A stretch of DNA of 42,163 nt from NCBI GenBank assembly GCA_033764315.1, contig JANRJA010000234.1, positions 1-42,163 on the forward strand, read 5' to 3'. Shown one piece after another: positions 9,352-19,087 of the stretch (positions within the stretch are counted from its first letter, which is position 1; the number at the start of each line of letters is the position of its first letter). The notes under the pieces were generated by a model, which saw only the letters and a program-made list of their open reading frames with translations, had not been told where the DNA came from and ran no database searches. The DNA is from Oculatellaceae cyanobacterium bins.114 (GTDB lineage: Bacteria > Cyanobacteriota > Cyanobacteriia > Elainellales > Elainellaceae). Position numbers and translations under genes: made by a program.

Positions 9352-9978
9352 GTGATGTTAGAACAACGTACCCAAAGCAACGTGCAACGAGTGGATGAGG
9401 CAGATCTAGAGGCAGAGCGACTGCTCCAAGTCCGCATTCTGCTCGATCATTTATTCAAGCATGAAGAGACAACGGTTAAGTTGATTTTGGGGTATTTGTA
9501 CGACGTTGGCTCAGTCAATCTGATTAATCAAAAGTTTCAGCGGCGATCGCTCAATCGCTTCATGCGGATGGTAGCTGGAATGTCGAAACCAATTTTTAAG
9601 GTGATTGCCCTACGCTGGTTTAAGAAAAATTGTCCGCAACTGATCACCGATTGGCTCCAGACTCAGGTGACGTTTGCCCCGGCAAAAATTGCAACGACCG
9701 CAGCCGCTATCGAACTGGCAGGCGTTGATGCGGTGGCGATGCCCAGTAGTGCTCCGGATGGGGTGATCCCTGACCTGGAAACCCGAAATCAAGAAATTCG
9801 ATATCTCCATCGACAAGTTCGGTTGCTCACAGGCATGTTAGTCGTGACAACGGTGGCACTAAGCAGTGTTGTAGTGTGGATTAGCTATCAACCCCGTTGG
9901 GCGTCTGCTCAGGCACAACCATTACAGCCTTCCCCCATTGAGGCAGTGCGCGAGCGGGCTGAGAGTCTCTACCGCTAG
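9352..9978 (+). CDS. Hypothetical protein with coiled coil and C-terminal TM helix
   Basis: 208-aa ORF filling the gap between divergent/convergent genes; hydrophobic LLTGMLVVTTVALSSVVVWI. Confidence 0.75.
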   Translation: MMLEQRTQSNVQRVDEADLEAERLLQVRILLDHLFKHEETTVKLILGYLYDVGSVNLINQKFQRRSLNRFMRMVAGMSKPIFKVIALRWFKKNCPQLITDWLQTQVTFAPAKIATTAAAIELAGVDAVAMPSSAPDGVIPDLETRNQEIRYLHRQVRLLTGMLVVTTVALSSVVVWISYQPRWASAQAQPLQPSPIEAVRERAESLYR

Positions 9979-9996
9979 AGGTTTTGGGGTTCTCTC

Positions 9997-11961
9997 TTAA
10001 ACCTGCACCGATTCCGTTGGCTGATCTACATCTCCTACCCATGCGGTTTGGGTTAAATCTTCAAACGTAACCTGCCGCTGTTCTCGATCTAGAGCTTCAA
10101 TCCGCTTTGTCTCAGCGTTGATCTGATGTTGAAAGCTTTGGCTCAATTCAGGGGCGGTGATGCAATCCGTCTGTTTCCACAGTTCAATAAAATGCCGCCG
10201 CCGCTTTTCACACATCACCCGCTCCATACTGGCGATCGCTGCCCGAATTACCAACGGTGCCCGCAGAATGTCTCGCCGTGTTTTTTCGTTCAGTTGAAAC
10301 AACGCCTGAATCTCTGGGTAATAGTCTGTGGCTTCAGTGCAACGGTCTTGCAACTGCTGGATCAGGGGATTGGCATCGGGTTTAGAGTCAGCGATCGCCT
10401 GTGAGGAATTGATCTCTTCTAGCTCTAAGATTTGCTGCCACAGAAACCGATGGTGCGAGATGCTGAAATCTAGATCCCGTTCTTCGAGAGCCTCAACAAT
10501 GCTGAGGCGATGATCGGGGAGGTGCAAATAGAGCCGCAGCAGGTGTGACTCTGATTCGGCCAACAGGGTGCGATCGCCCGCACTTTGCCACCGTTGCGAT
10601 CGCCCATGCCAGCGTTGACCCCGCACCTGGGTTCGCAGATCCGATTCGAGTTGCAGGGCTAAACGAGCACTCCCCTGACTGAGCAACTCGGCGCAGTGGT
10701 GAATGTAGTGCGTTCGCAGGCTAGCGTTGGGGAGGTTGCCCAACAATTTGGCGATCGCCTCTGTGCCCTGTTGAAACTGGTCGGCTTTGTCCAGGTCAGT
10801 TTCCGCCAAGATTTGTTGAATTTGCCAATCGATCCACAGCGGCGCATCGCTCAACAACTGGCGATAATCAGCGGGACTGTGGGCTTTGAGAAAGTCATCG
10901 GGGTCTTTGCCATCTGGCAGATTCAGCACCCGCAACTGCACTTCTCCCCGATACGCCAGATCCGCCACTTCTCCAATTGCCCTTTCTGCCGCTCGCTGTC
11001 CGGCGGAGTCGTCATCAAAGTTAAAGACAATTTGTTTTGACTCGGTATAGCGCAAGAGCTGTTTGACCTGTGCCAGACTGAGTGCTGTTCCCAACGAGGC
11101 AACCGCATTAGGAATGCCCGCTGCATGTAGGGCGATCGCGTCAAAATAGCCCTCCACCACCACGGCTCGATCGTCTTTGGCGATCGCGGCTCTGGCGAGA
11201 TCTAAGGCAAACAACGTCTTGCCCTTGTCAAATAGCTCCGTTTCAGGGGAGTTGAGATATTTGGGCTGCTCATCCGACAGCGTTCTGCCGCCAAAGCCGA
11301 TGGTGCGTCCCTGCAAATCGTGAATCGGAATCATCAGGCGATCGCGAAATCGGTCATAGTATCCACCTCCACCCTGGCGCGGCACAATCAACCCTGCCTG
11401 CTCCACCAAGTCCGCTGGAAATCGCTTCTGTTCCACCAGATAGCCATAGAGCGTCTGCCAACCCGCTGGCGCATAGCCCAGTTGAAACTGTTGAATCGTC
11501 TCCTCACTCAACTGTCGAGCAGAGCGGAGATAGCTCAGTGCTTTCTCCCCGGTCGATTGCCGCAATGCATGTTCATAAAACTTGGTTGTTAATGCCAAAA
11601 TCTCGTAGAGCTGTTCCCGCAAGGACAATTGCCGTTGCAGTTCCTGACGTTGCTCTGGCTCTAGCGTTTTGATGGAGACTTGATAGCGGCGTGCCAACTC
11701 CAGCACCACATCGCCAAAGGATTGCTTGCCCAACTCCATCAAAAACTTAATCGCATTGCCCCCTGCCCCGCAACTAAAGCAGTAATAAAACTGTTTGCTA
11801 GGACTGACGCTAAAACTGGGGGACTTGTCATCGTGGAACGGGCACAACCCTGTGAAATCCTTTCCCTGCTTACGCAACACCACGTGCTCGGATACCACAT
11901 CGACAATGTCAACGCGCTGTTTAACCTCTTCGATGGTGTCGGGGTGGAGACGGGGAGACAT
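9997..11961 (-). CDS. dnaG: DNA primase
   Basis: CHC2 zinc finger CPFH...CFSC, DRFRDRLMIPI, KYLNSPET, Toprim VVEGYFD and FDDDSAG. Confidence 0.97.
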   Translation of the reverse strand: MSPRLHPDTIEEVKQRVDIVDVVSEHVVLRKQGKDFTGLCPFHDDKSPSFSVSPSKQFYYCFSCGAGGNAIKFLMELGKQSFGDVVLELARRYQVSIKTLEPEQRQELQRQLSLREQLYEILALTTKFYEHALRQSTGEKALSYLRSARQLSEETIQQFQLGYAPAGWQTLYGYLVEQKRFPADLVEQAGLIVPRQGGGGYYDRFRDRLMIPIHDLQGRTIGFGGRTLSDEQPKYLNSPETELFDKGKTLFALDLARAAIAKDDRAVVVEGYFDAIALHAAGIPNAVASLGTALSLAQVKQLLRYTESKQIVFNFDDDSAGQRAAERAIGEVADLAYRGEVQLRVLNLPDGKDPDDFLKAHSPADYRQLLSDAPLWIDWQIQQILAETDLDKADQFQQGTEAIAKLLGNLPNASLRTHYIHHCAELLSQGSARLALQLESDLRTQVRGQRWHGRSQRWQSAGDRTLLAESESHLLRLYLHLPDHRLSIVEALEERDLDFSISHHRFLWQQILELEEINSSQAIADSKPDANPLIQQLQDRCTEATDYYPEIQALFQLNEKTRRDILRAPLVIRAAIASMERVMCEKRRRHFIELWKQTDCITAPELSQSFQHQINAETKRIEALDREQRQVTFEDLTQTAWVGDVDQPTESVQV

Positions 11962-11992
11962 GGGAAAGGTAGGAGGAGGGAGATCTGATCTT

Positions 11993-12083
11993 AAAGGATA
12001 AAGGCTGAAGGATGAAGGATAAAAAAAGAATGAAAAAAGAAGAGTGAAGGGTGAAAAAGAATGAAAAAAGAAGAGTGAAGAAA
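11993..12083. repeat. Heptameric short tandem repeats (AAGGAT[A/G]) plus a duplicated purine-rich 27-mer upstream of dnaG
   Basis: AAGGATA AAGGCTG AAGGATG AAGGATA; AAAAAGAATGAAAAAAGAAGAGTGAAG occurs twice. Confidence 0.75.
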
Positions 12084-12200
12084 AACCTCCTGGTTCCTAG
12101 CTTCTGGCTGAGCCTCTGAATTTGGAGGGGCCTCCTATGATCCCAGCTTTTGTGGGTTGGGTTGAGTCTGCAAAATCTAACCCCCTGTAGGATCTAATCA

Positions 12201-12425
12201 AGTCAAAAGGTCGAAAGGTCGTGTTCAGAACTCGAACCGTTGGGTAAAAAGGTCGGAGGGTCGTGTTCAGAACTCGGATAGTTGAGTCAAAAGGTCGGAG
12301 GGTCGTGTTCAGAACTCAATTTATTGAGCAAAAAGGTCGAAGCTTCACCTTCAGAACTCAACCGATCGCCTTCAGAGATCGAAGAGTCGAGATCAGGACA
12401 GGGGCGATCGCCCTTAGAGATTGAA
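12201..12425. repeat. 42-bp tandem array (21-bp sub-period), core TTCAGAACTC; same family as 386-680, opposite orientation
   Basis: TTCAGAACTC at 12224, 12266, 12308, 12350, then degenerate copies at +21 and +63. Confidence 0.85.
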
Positions 12426-12716
12426 TCGCGCAGACCCAACCGCAACGCTGGACACGGCTCCGCAAAGACTTGTTAAACCGGGAACGCTGGTTCCAAGGGG
12501 GCAAAGCAGCTTTAACTGAGATGACTCAACACTTCGCGGACAACAACATATTTGTCAAGAGTGCGATCGCCTTTCTTGAAGAATTTAGCAAGGAAACAAA
12601 ATAATTCTCTAGATTTCATCGATATGGATGCATTTTTTTCTTCTTTTTTCTCTCTTCTTTCTTCCCTTTTCCCTATTTCGGTTAACCTGAGTTAGTGATG
12701 AGGATGGAGAGAATTG

Positions 12717-14081
12717 ATGGGACGAATCTTTATCTCAGCCGGACATGGTGGTTTTGAAGGCAGAAGCCGCGATCCAGGCTCGATTGTGGGCAACACAACC
12801 GAAGCTCAGGAGATGATCTTGATTCGAGATTTGGTAGCTCCAGAGTTGCGATCGCGCGGATTTGAAGTGCTGTCGGTGCCTGATGATCTGAGTGCGCTAC
12901 AAACGTTGGATTGGATTAACTCTCGTGCTCGAACTGGAGATGTGGCACTGGAAATTCAAGCGAATGCCTTTGCCAATACAGCGACACGCGGCACCAGTGT
13001 TTATTACATCGCTAATAACGATCAGCGCAAAGCCCACGCTGAGTTGTTGCTGTTAGCCCTATTGCGGCGGGTGCCCCAGTTGCAGAGCCGGGGGGCTAAA
13101 GCCGATACTACTGCTGCCATTGGTAGCCTGGTTTTTTGTCGTCAGGTGGTGCCTCCGTCACTGCTGATGGAGATTGGGTTTCTCTCAAACCCAGACGATC
13201 GCGCCATTATTCAAACCCGACGCCGCGATGTGGCATTGGGGATTGCAGATGGCTTAGCATCCTGGAGTCGAGCTGTCTCAGGGGTGACTCCGACTCCTAG
13301 CCCAACCCCCACACCACCCGCTTACTCCACGGTTGATATCAATATCAATGGCGGCATTTACGACGAAAAGGGCATCATTGTCAACGGGAATGCCTACATT
13401 CCGGTTGATTTAGCCGATCAGTTGGGGGTTAACCTGGCGCAATCTCCTGAGATTCGTCGTATCAGCTATCGCAATGTAGTCTACGTCAAAGCGATCGAGC
13501 TACGAGCCTTTAATATCTCGGTCAGTTGGGAATCTGCCACGCGCACTATTGTGCTGCGATCGATCTCTGCCATCTGCCCTGGGCTGATCGATCGCATTAT
13601 GGGACATGGCAACACCTCCGAAGTGCAACTGATGATGTTCCTTAAAAGCAACAACGAAGATGCCCTAGTCCGCTTTCCTGACCTGCCCAAGCTCTATCGA
13701 GAAGAGGCGGCGATCGAAGGCGTCAACCATGACATTGCTTTCTGTCAAATGTGTGTTGAAACTACATTTTTGCGATTTGGCAGCAATATCAGCCCAGAAC
13801 AAAATAACTTTGGGGGAATTGCAGCAGTGGGCGGCGATGAAGATGGAGCCGCCTTTCCGAGTGCTCGCATTGGGGTGAGAGCACAAATTCAGCATCTTAA
13901 AGGCTATGCCAGCACAGCCCCCCTGGTACAAGAGCTGGTTGATCCCCGCTTCCGCTTTGTCACGCGCGGAGTCGCCCCCCTGATTGATCAACTGAGTGGG
14001 CGTTGGGCGGCGGATGTGCAATATGGCACTAAAGTAATGGCAATCTTGCGACGACTCTATGAGTCCGCTGGGCTACTTTAG
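12717..14081 (+). CDS. tftA: Amidase_3 plus glucosaminidase cell-wall hydrolase, TftA-like (hormogonium tapered terminus protein)
   Basis: GRIFISAGHGG..DPG..TEA..(LEIQAN)..LLMEIGFLSN amidase domain; C-terminal AFCQMCVETTFL..QNNFGGI..WAAD..YG glucosaminidase domain. The tftA name is from recalled architecture and N-terminus. Confidence 0.72.
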   Translation: MGRIFISAGHGGFEGRSRDPGSIVGNTTEAQEMILIRDLVAPELRSRGFEVLSVPDDLSALQTLDWINSRARTGDVALEIQANAFANTATRGTSVYYIANNDQRKAHAELLLLALLRRVPQLQSRGAKADTTAAIGSLVFCRQVVPPSLLMEIGFLSNPDDRAIIQTRRRDVALGIADGLASWSRAVSGVTPTPSPTPTPPAYSTVDININGGIYDEKGIIVNGNAYIPVDLADQLGVNLAQSPEIRRISYRNVVYVKAIELRAFNISVSWESATRTIVLRSISAICPGLIDRIMGHGNTSEVQLMMFLKSNNEDALVRFPDLPKLYREEAAIEGVNHDIAFCQMCVETTFLRFGSNISPEQNNFGGIAAVGGDEDGAAFPSARIGVRAQIQHLKGYASTAPLVQELVDPRFRFVTRGVAPLIDQLSGRWAADVQYGTKVMAILRRLYESAGLL

Positions 14082-14085
14082 CGAT

Positions 14086-14121
14086 TTAGATCTCCGACTT
14101 CTTAAGAAGTCGGAGATCTAA
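14086..14121. terminator. Perfect 36-bp palindrome between convergent genes (likely bidirectional terminator / dispersed repeat)
   Basis: TTAGATCTCCGACTTCTT|AAGAAGTCGGAGATCTAA. Confidence 0.75.
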
Positions 14122-14129
14122 CCCTGAAA

Positions 14130-14480
14130 TTACATTCCAGGTAAATTCAACCCACCCGTCAATTCTTCCATCCGCTCGCGCATGGTGGCGGTGGATTTGT
14201 TGTAGGCGTCTTTGGTGGCTGCCAACACTAGATCAGAGAGGACTTCTGCCCCTTCACCCAAAACGTCGGGCGAGATCTCAACACGACGAGGTTCCTGGTT
14301 GCCGCTCATCACCACTTTGACCAGCCCACCGCCAGCTTCGCCGACCAGTTCCATTGCTTCTAATTCTTCTTGCAGCTTTTTGGCACCCTCTTGCACCTGC
14401 TGCGCTTTCTTAAACGCTTCGGTCAGCTCTTTCATCTTGCCTAGACCAAAGCCAAATCCTTGTCCCTGTCCTTTTGTCAT
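14130..14480 (-). CDS. ybaB: YbaB/EbfC family nucleoid-associated protein
   Basis: [13 protein letters not shown]...[26 protein letters not shown]...[13 protein letters not shown]. Confidence 0.95.
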   Translation of the reverse strand: MTKGQGQGFGFGLGKMKELTEAFKKAQQVQEGAKKLQEELEAMELVGEAGGGLVKVVMSGNQEPRRVEISPDVLGEGAEVLSDLVLAATKDAYNKSTATMRERMEELTGGLNLPGM

Positions 14481-14634
14481 AATGTCCTACTTATGAATTG
14501 CAACGATGGGTGAGTCAGGGTGTGTTGACACCGACTGCGTGAGCAGTTCTACCATCTTATAGCTCACCCTGGATGGTGACTCGCGAAAACTTCATTATCT
14601 TAACCTTCAAAGGGGGAGTTTGTGTGGAGGGGGA

Positions 14635-14725
14635 AAGGATGAAGGATGAAGGATAAAGGATGAAGGATAAAGGATGAAGGATAAAAGGCAGAAGGATAAA
14701 GGATGAAGGATAAAAGGCAGAAGAC
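14635..14725. repeat. Heptameric short tandem repeat tract (AAGGATG/AAGGATA)
   Basis: About a dozen consecutive 7-mers. Confidence 0.85.
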
Positions 14726-14741
14726 AAAGCTAGCCAGTCGG

Positions 14742-14767
14742 GTGCTGTTAGCGATCGCGTAACGCAC
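14742..14767. repeat. REP-like hairpin centred on a HIP1 site
   Basis: GTGCTGTTAGCGATCGCGTAACGCAC, imperfect inverted repeat downstream of the pseudogene. Confidence 0.55.
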
Positions 14768-14797
14768 TGCCATCACTTTGTCACCATCCCAAATTAT

Positions 14798-15308
14798 TTA
14801 CTTCTTTTGCGAATTAATCCATTGCTGGAAGGGCTGACCCACCGCTAGCAATTCTTCATAGTCTTGCTCAAGCACTGACCAATCCATATAGTCCTCATTA
14901 ACGTAGTCAAGGTCAACATATATCTGTAAAAAATTGCCTCGAATATCGTCTGATAGCCCGATATCACTCCAGATGAAACGTTATAAGTGGCTCAACAACT
15001 GCCTGTGTTTGGGCTGGGCAAATTGCCTTTGTTCAATCACAATGCTTGGGTACACGTCTCCTAGCTTTGGCAATGACAAGCCGCCACGAAATATCTAAAT
15101 CCTTAACACCTGGCACTAGATCCAACAGGTGAATTACATCTAACAGATGTTTATCTGCACTGGTTGACAGGTCAATCATCCAATTTGAAGGACAATCTAT
15201 CTCCTCAATCAGTTGATCTACCCAAGCAATTACTTCATCGACTGAGCCAAGCCCCAACCATAAGCATATTGAAAAGTAATCAGCATAGTGTTTGAGGCTA
15301 GGTTGCAT
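14798..15308 (-). pseudogene. Disrupted gene for an ~170-aa acidic hypothetical protein
   Basis: Removing one base at the A-run 15066-15068 continues the 91-aa ORF as KLGDVYPSIV...LSHL*RFIWSDIGLSDDIRGNFLQIYVDLDYVNEDYMDWSVLEQDYEELL...NSQKK*; internal TAA at 14981-14983. Confidence 0.7.
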
Positions 15309-15314
15309 TATTCC

Positions 15315-15911
15315 TCACTCCCCACTCCCTGCCTTCAAATAGCCCGCCGAAACACACTCATCAATGACGGTTTGAACGTACGTCCACAAGTCAGGGGCAC
15401 CTGCCTCAATCGGCTCCATGCGTTTGATCACCCGATCGCGCGTGACGCTATGAATGCGCCAGGTGCCTCCTTCGGTTTGCTGGTTGTGCAACAAGGGTTG
15501 TAGTCGGTCAAGGGCTGTCGCAAAACGAGCCTCGATGGTGGTTTGTGCTTCAAATTCATTCCAGAGCGATCGCAATTCTGCTCCTTGATCGGGGGGCAAC
15601 AACCCAAACAGGCGATCTGCCGCCTGCATCTCTCGTGCCGCTTTGTCTAGATTGCCCTGCCTGTCATAACAAAAGGTATCGCCTGCATCGATCTCCACCA
15701 GGTCGTGAATCAGCAGCATTTTCATCACCCGCAGCAGATCGACTGGCTCCGGGGCATACTCTGCCAATAGCATTGCCATCATTGCCAGATGCCAGGAGTG
15801 CTCAGCACTGTTTTCGCGACGTGACCCATCCGTTAACAGGGTTTGGCGCAAGATCAGTTTGAGTTTATCGATTTCGAGAATGAACTGAATCTGTTGGTGC
15901 AATCGAGACAT
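15315..15911 (-). CDS. HD-domain phosphohydrolase (YfbR/HDDC2-like)
   Basis: DKLK..LRQT...RENSAEHSWHLA..LIHDLVEIDAGD...LDRLQP. Confidence 0.92.
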   Translation of the reverse strand: MSRLHQQIQFILEIDKLKLILRQTLLTDGSRRENSAEHSWHLAMMAMLLAEYAPEPVDLLRVMKMLLIHDLVEIDAGDTFCYDRQGNLDKAAREMQAADRLFGLLPPDQGAELRSLWNEFEAQTTIEARFATALDRLQPLLHNQQTEGGTWRIHSVTRDRVIKRMEPIEAGAPDLWTYVQTVIDECVSAGYLKAGSGE

Positions 15912-16001
15912 GGGAAGAGTGAAAAACGAAGAATGAAGAAAGAATAAAGGAAAACGGAATAGGGACGAGGGCTATTCTTTTTCTCTCTTCTTTTTTCTTT
16001 C

Positions 16002-16811
16002 TTAAATCAGCTCTCCGCGCAAAACGGTGACGGCTTGACCAGAGAGATAAACGCGTCGTTCCTGGGGATTGCCAGACGGGTCATAGCGAACGTGTAATAC
16101 GCCTCCTCGGGCAGAGGCTTGATAGGCCACAAACTCAGTTTTGCCGAGGCGATCGCCCCAGTAGGTCGCGAGGCAGCAGTGGGCTGCCCCTGTAACGGGG
16201 TCTTCGTCGATGCCAAGGTTGGGGGCAAAAAAGCGTGAGACAAAATCAAACCCAGGGGTGCTGGCGCGGCTGGTGACGATTACCCCTTCGGCAGGCAGCG
16301 ATCGCACCAGGGTTAAATTGGGCTGGAGCGATCGCACCATGTCTTCAGACTCGACCTCCACTACGTAAGCAAAGGGGTCAGTCAAACTGACACGGATGCA
16401 GGGCACACCTAGAGCCTCAGCGATCGCAGGAGGAGTCTCGACTGGGTTGGCATATTTGGGTGGAAAGTTGAGTTCGATCCAATCGCCCTGCTTTTGCGCG
16501 GTTAACATGCCACTCAATGTATGAAACCGAGCTTGTTCGGTGGGGGCTAAATGTCCCTCAGACCAGAGCACATGGGCACTGGCAAGGGTGGCATGACCGC
16601 ACAGGGGCATCTCAACTGTGGGGGTAAACCAGCGCAGTTGAAAGCCATCTGGTTGACGCAGCAAAAACGCTGTTTCTGACAGATTCATCTCACAGGCAAC
16701 ATTTTGCAACCACGAGTCTGCTTGAGGGCTGGGCAACACCACAACGGCGGCTGGGTTTCCGGCAAAGGGCTGATCGGTAAAAGCATCTACTTGAGTCAGG
16801 CTAAATCCCAT
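16002..16811 (-). CDS. PhzF family isomerase
   Basis: VDAFT..PFAGNPAAV, MNLSETAF, LRWFTP..E..LCGHATLA, EDPVTGAAH. Confidence 0.95.
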   Translation of the reverse strand: MGFSLTQVDAFTDQPFAGNPAAVVVLPSPQADSWLQNVACEMNLSETAFLLRQPDGFQLRWFTPTVEMPLCGHATLASAHVLWSEGHLAPTEQARFHTLSGMLTAQKQGDWIELNFPPKYANPVETPPAIAEALGVPCIRVSLTDPFAYVVEVESEDMVRSLQPNLTLVRSLPAEGVIVTSRASTPGFDFVSRFFAPNLGIDEDPVTGAAHCCLATYWGDRLGKTEFVAYQASARGGVLHVRYDPSGNPQERRVYLSGQAVTVLRGELI

Positions 16812-16955
16812 AGTGATTTGAGAAAAAAAGACTGAAAAAGACGACTGGATTGAGTTGGAATGATTTCAGAATAGCGGTATGAGGACGATAGACCCTAATG
16901 ATCGAATGTAAGGTTGTGCTTTGCTAGGTACAACTGGGTGATTGTCAGTAGGTTA

Positions 16956-17211
16956 ACGTGAATTTGGGATAAGGATTTTGGCGGTTGAAACCGCAACTAC
17001 AGGAGCAAAACCGACCTGATATGAAATCTGGCTGCTTCCCTGTTGTAAGGCTAGGCTAAAACCTTTGCCTGTAGGAAAGTAATGAGTCAGCAACTAGCCG
17101 GATTTTATAGGAGTCGGTTCACTCAACCCTTAATTTTCTGTAGTTCGCGAAGGCGAACTTCGCTCTGATAGCCGCGAATTTATTCGCCAGGCTCTTAAAC
17201 CGAACTGACGT
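16956..17211. mobile_element. MITE-like element with imperfect terminal inverted repeats and 7-bp target duplication TAGGTTA
   Basis: Ends ACGTGAATTTGG...CCGAACTGACGT; TAGGTTA at 16949-16955 and 17212-17218; second copy starts at 42055. Confidence 0.8.
17019..17110. mobile_element. Smaller inverted-repeat element nested within the MITE
   Basis: TATGAAATCTGGCT...AGCCGGATTTTATA ends; segment is absent from the sister copy, which reads GACCTG-CGTCGGTTC at ~42110-42126. Confidence 0.75.
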
Positions 17212-17232
17212 TAGGTTAAGCAAGGGTTGAAC

Positions 17233-19080
17233 TCAAAACCGATTTAAGTGGCTATTAGCCATGCAGTTTGATAAATGGAATGGACTGGCAGAAAGTTGAT
17301 CGGCAGAAATAGCCAAAAGCACCGTAAAACTCGTTTGATTGTCTCGACTCTCGACTCGAATAGTGCCATCCATTTGTTCGACCAGCTTTTTGATTAAGGC
17401 AAGCCCTAACCCTGTTCCACCATGCTTCCAGGGGTCGTTGTTGGGAATGCGATAGAACTTATCAAAGATCCGAGATAACTCTTCAGTGGCAATTTCTACC
17501 CCTGTATTGGCAACAGTGATCTGCAACGCTGGGGTGAAATGAGTCTCGTGAGAGGGTTGAGTCATGCTGGCTGAGATAGCAATAGTCCCTCCTGGTGGGG
17601 TGTACTTGCAGGCGTTGCTGAGGAGTTCGGTCACGATGCGATTGATGGCGAGTAGGTCAAGCGTGAGAGACGGCAAACCAGGGGCAAGATTGACTTGAAG
17701 GATTTGTTGTTGATTGTGAGTCCGAATTTCAAATGGCTCAATCAGGTGAGCGAGTAAATCGTAAAGGTTAATGGTGGTTGTCTGGCTGTTATATGTTCCT
17801 GCTTCAGCGTGTTGCAGATGTAACAGATCTTCGACTAGAGCCAGTTCTCGATCGCACTCCTCTCTCAATACTTCTAGATATTGAACCACTTTATTGTTTT
17901 GGTTAGAAGACTTAGAAATTTCCTCAACCAAGGTGCGCCCCTGATTAGTCACTGTTGTGAGGAGTTTGATCACCATTTTCATGCTGGCAATGGGCGTTCG
18001 CAGTTCATGAGAAATCGTGCTGAGAAAATCGTCTTTGAGTTGATTCAGTCGCTCTAATGCTTTGACCTGGGCTTGAGCCTCTTCATAGAGTCGAGCTTGT
18101 CGTAGGGCGATCGCACACTGGTTGGTGACTTGTTGGACTAAGTGAATTTCGAGTTCGCTGAACGTAGCATCGGAGCCTTTAAATAACCACAAGTCACCCA
18201 AAATTCCTACTTGATTGACCTGTTCATCAAAAATTGGACAGGAAAGAATAGCGGACTGACCACAAAGCGGGGTGAACTGAGTTTGGCAGAAAGCAGAATA
18301 AGACTGTTGATCTTGGAGTTGGTGATAGATTTTGGGGACGTCTGGCAGACACAACAGGTGACTTTGAACAGCATCTCCCCCTGATGCGACATATTGATAA
18401 TGTTTGAAAGACGATGGGTGCTCAGAATTGTAGAGGACGGCATGACAACAAGGCACTTCTAATGCCTTGGCGAGTTCTTCTACTGCATTTTGCAGCACCT
18501 GATGCGGATCGAGTGAGTCTCGAACTTTGTCAGAGATGCATTTGAGGGTTGTTTCAAATTTGAGAGATTGGTGTAACTCCAGTGTCCGGGCTTGTACCCG
18601 TCGTTCTAAATCAGCGTTGAGATGCCGAATTTCAGCCTCTGCTTTTTTGCGCTCTTGAATTTCTTGTTCAAGTTGATGTTGGTGTTGTTGAATCAGAAGC
18701 TGATTTCTAACCCTTGCCAATACTTCCAACTCTTGAAAGGGTTTTGTGATGTAATCTTGTCCACCGATCTCAAAGGCTCGAACTTTATCCGTAATTTGGT
18801 CAAGTGCACTAATAAAAATAATTGGAATAGAGCGAGTGGCTTCTGATTCTTTTAATATTTTGCAGACTTCGTAGCCATTGATCTCTGGCATATTGATGTC
18901 GAGCAAAATTAAATCGGGTGGGTCACGGTAAACCGCCTGCAATGCCATTTTGCCGCTCAAAGATTTGCGAACTGTGTAATTATGAGATTCTAAAATTTTG
19001 GCAAGTAAGCGCAAGTTATCAGGGGTGTCATCGACCACTAGAATATTGGTTTCAACAGCGGGTTTGAGTAGGTTATTCAT
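17233..19080 (-). CDS. Hybrid histidine kinase REC-GAF-HisKA-HATPase
   Basis: ILVVDD..LILLDINMP..YITKPF; GAF without bilin CH motif; SHELRTP; ELLSNACKY; GGTGLGL. Confidence 0.92.
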   Translation of the reverse strand: MNNLLKPAVETNILVVDDTPDNLRLLAKILESHNYTVRKSLSGKMALQAVYRDPPDLILLDINMPEINGYEVCKILKESEATRSIPIIFISALDQITDKVRAFEIGGQDYITKPFQELEVLARVRNQLLIQQHQHQLEQEIQERKKAEAEIRHLNADLERRVQARTLELHQSLKFETTLKCISDKVRDSLDPHQVLQNAVEELAKALEVPCCHAVLYNSEHPSSFKHYQYVASGGDAVQSHLLCLPDVPKIYHQLQDQQSYSAFCQTQFTPLCGQSAILSCPIFDEQVNQVGILGDLWLFKGSDATFSELEIHLVQQVTNQCAIALRQARLYEEAQAQVKALERLNQLKDDFLSTISHELRTPIASMKMVIKLLTTVTNQGRTLVEEISKSSNQNNKVVQYLEVLREECDRELALVEDLLHLQHAEAGTYNSQTTTINLYDLLAHLIEPFEIRTHNQQQILQVNLAPGLPSLTLDLLAINRIVTELLSNACKYTPPGGTIAISASMTQPSHETHFTPALQITVANTGVEIATEELSRIFDKFYRIPNNDPWKHGGTGLGLALIKKLVEQMDGTIRVESRDNQTSFTVLLAISADQLSASPFHLSNCMANSHLNRF

Positions 19081-19087
19081 ATTTCCC

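Noticed and set aside
12201..12425. Possible CRISPR array (29-bp constant part with variable gaps)
   Set aside because: Gaps are only ~13 bp and resemble each other, the unit decays into 21-bp sub-repeats, and no cas genes are present; it is a tandem repeat.
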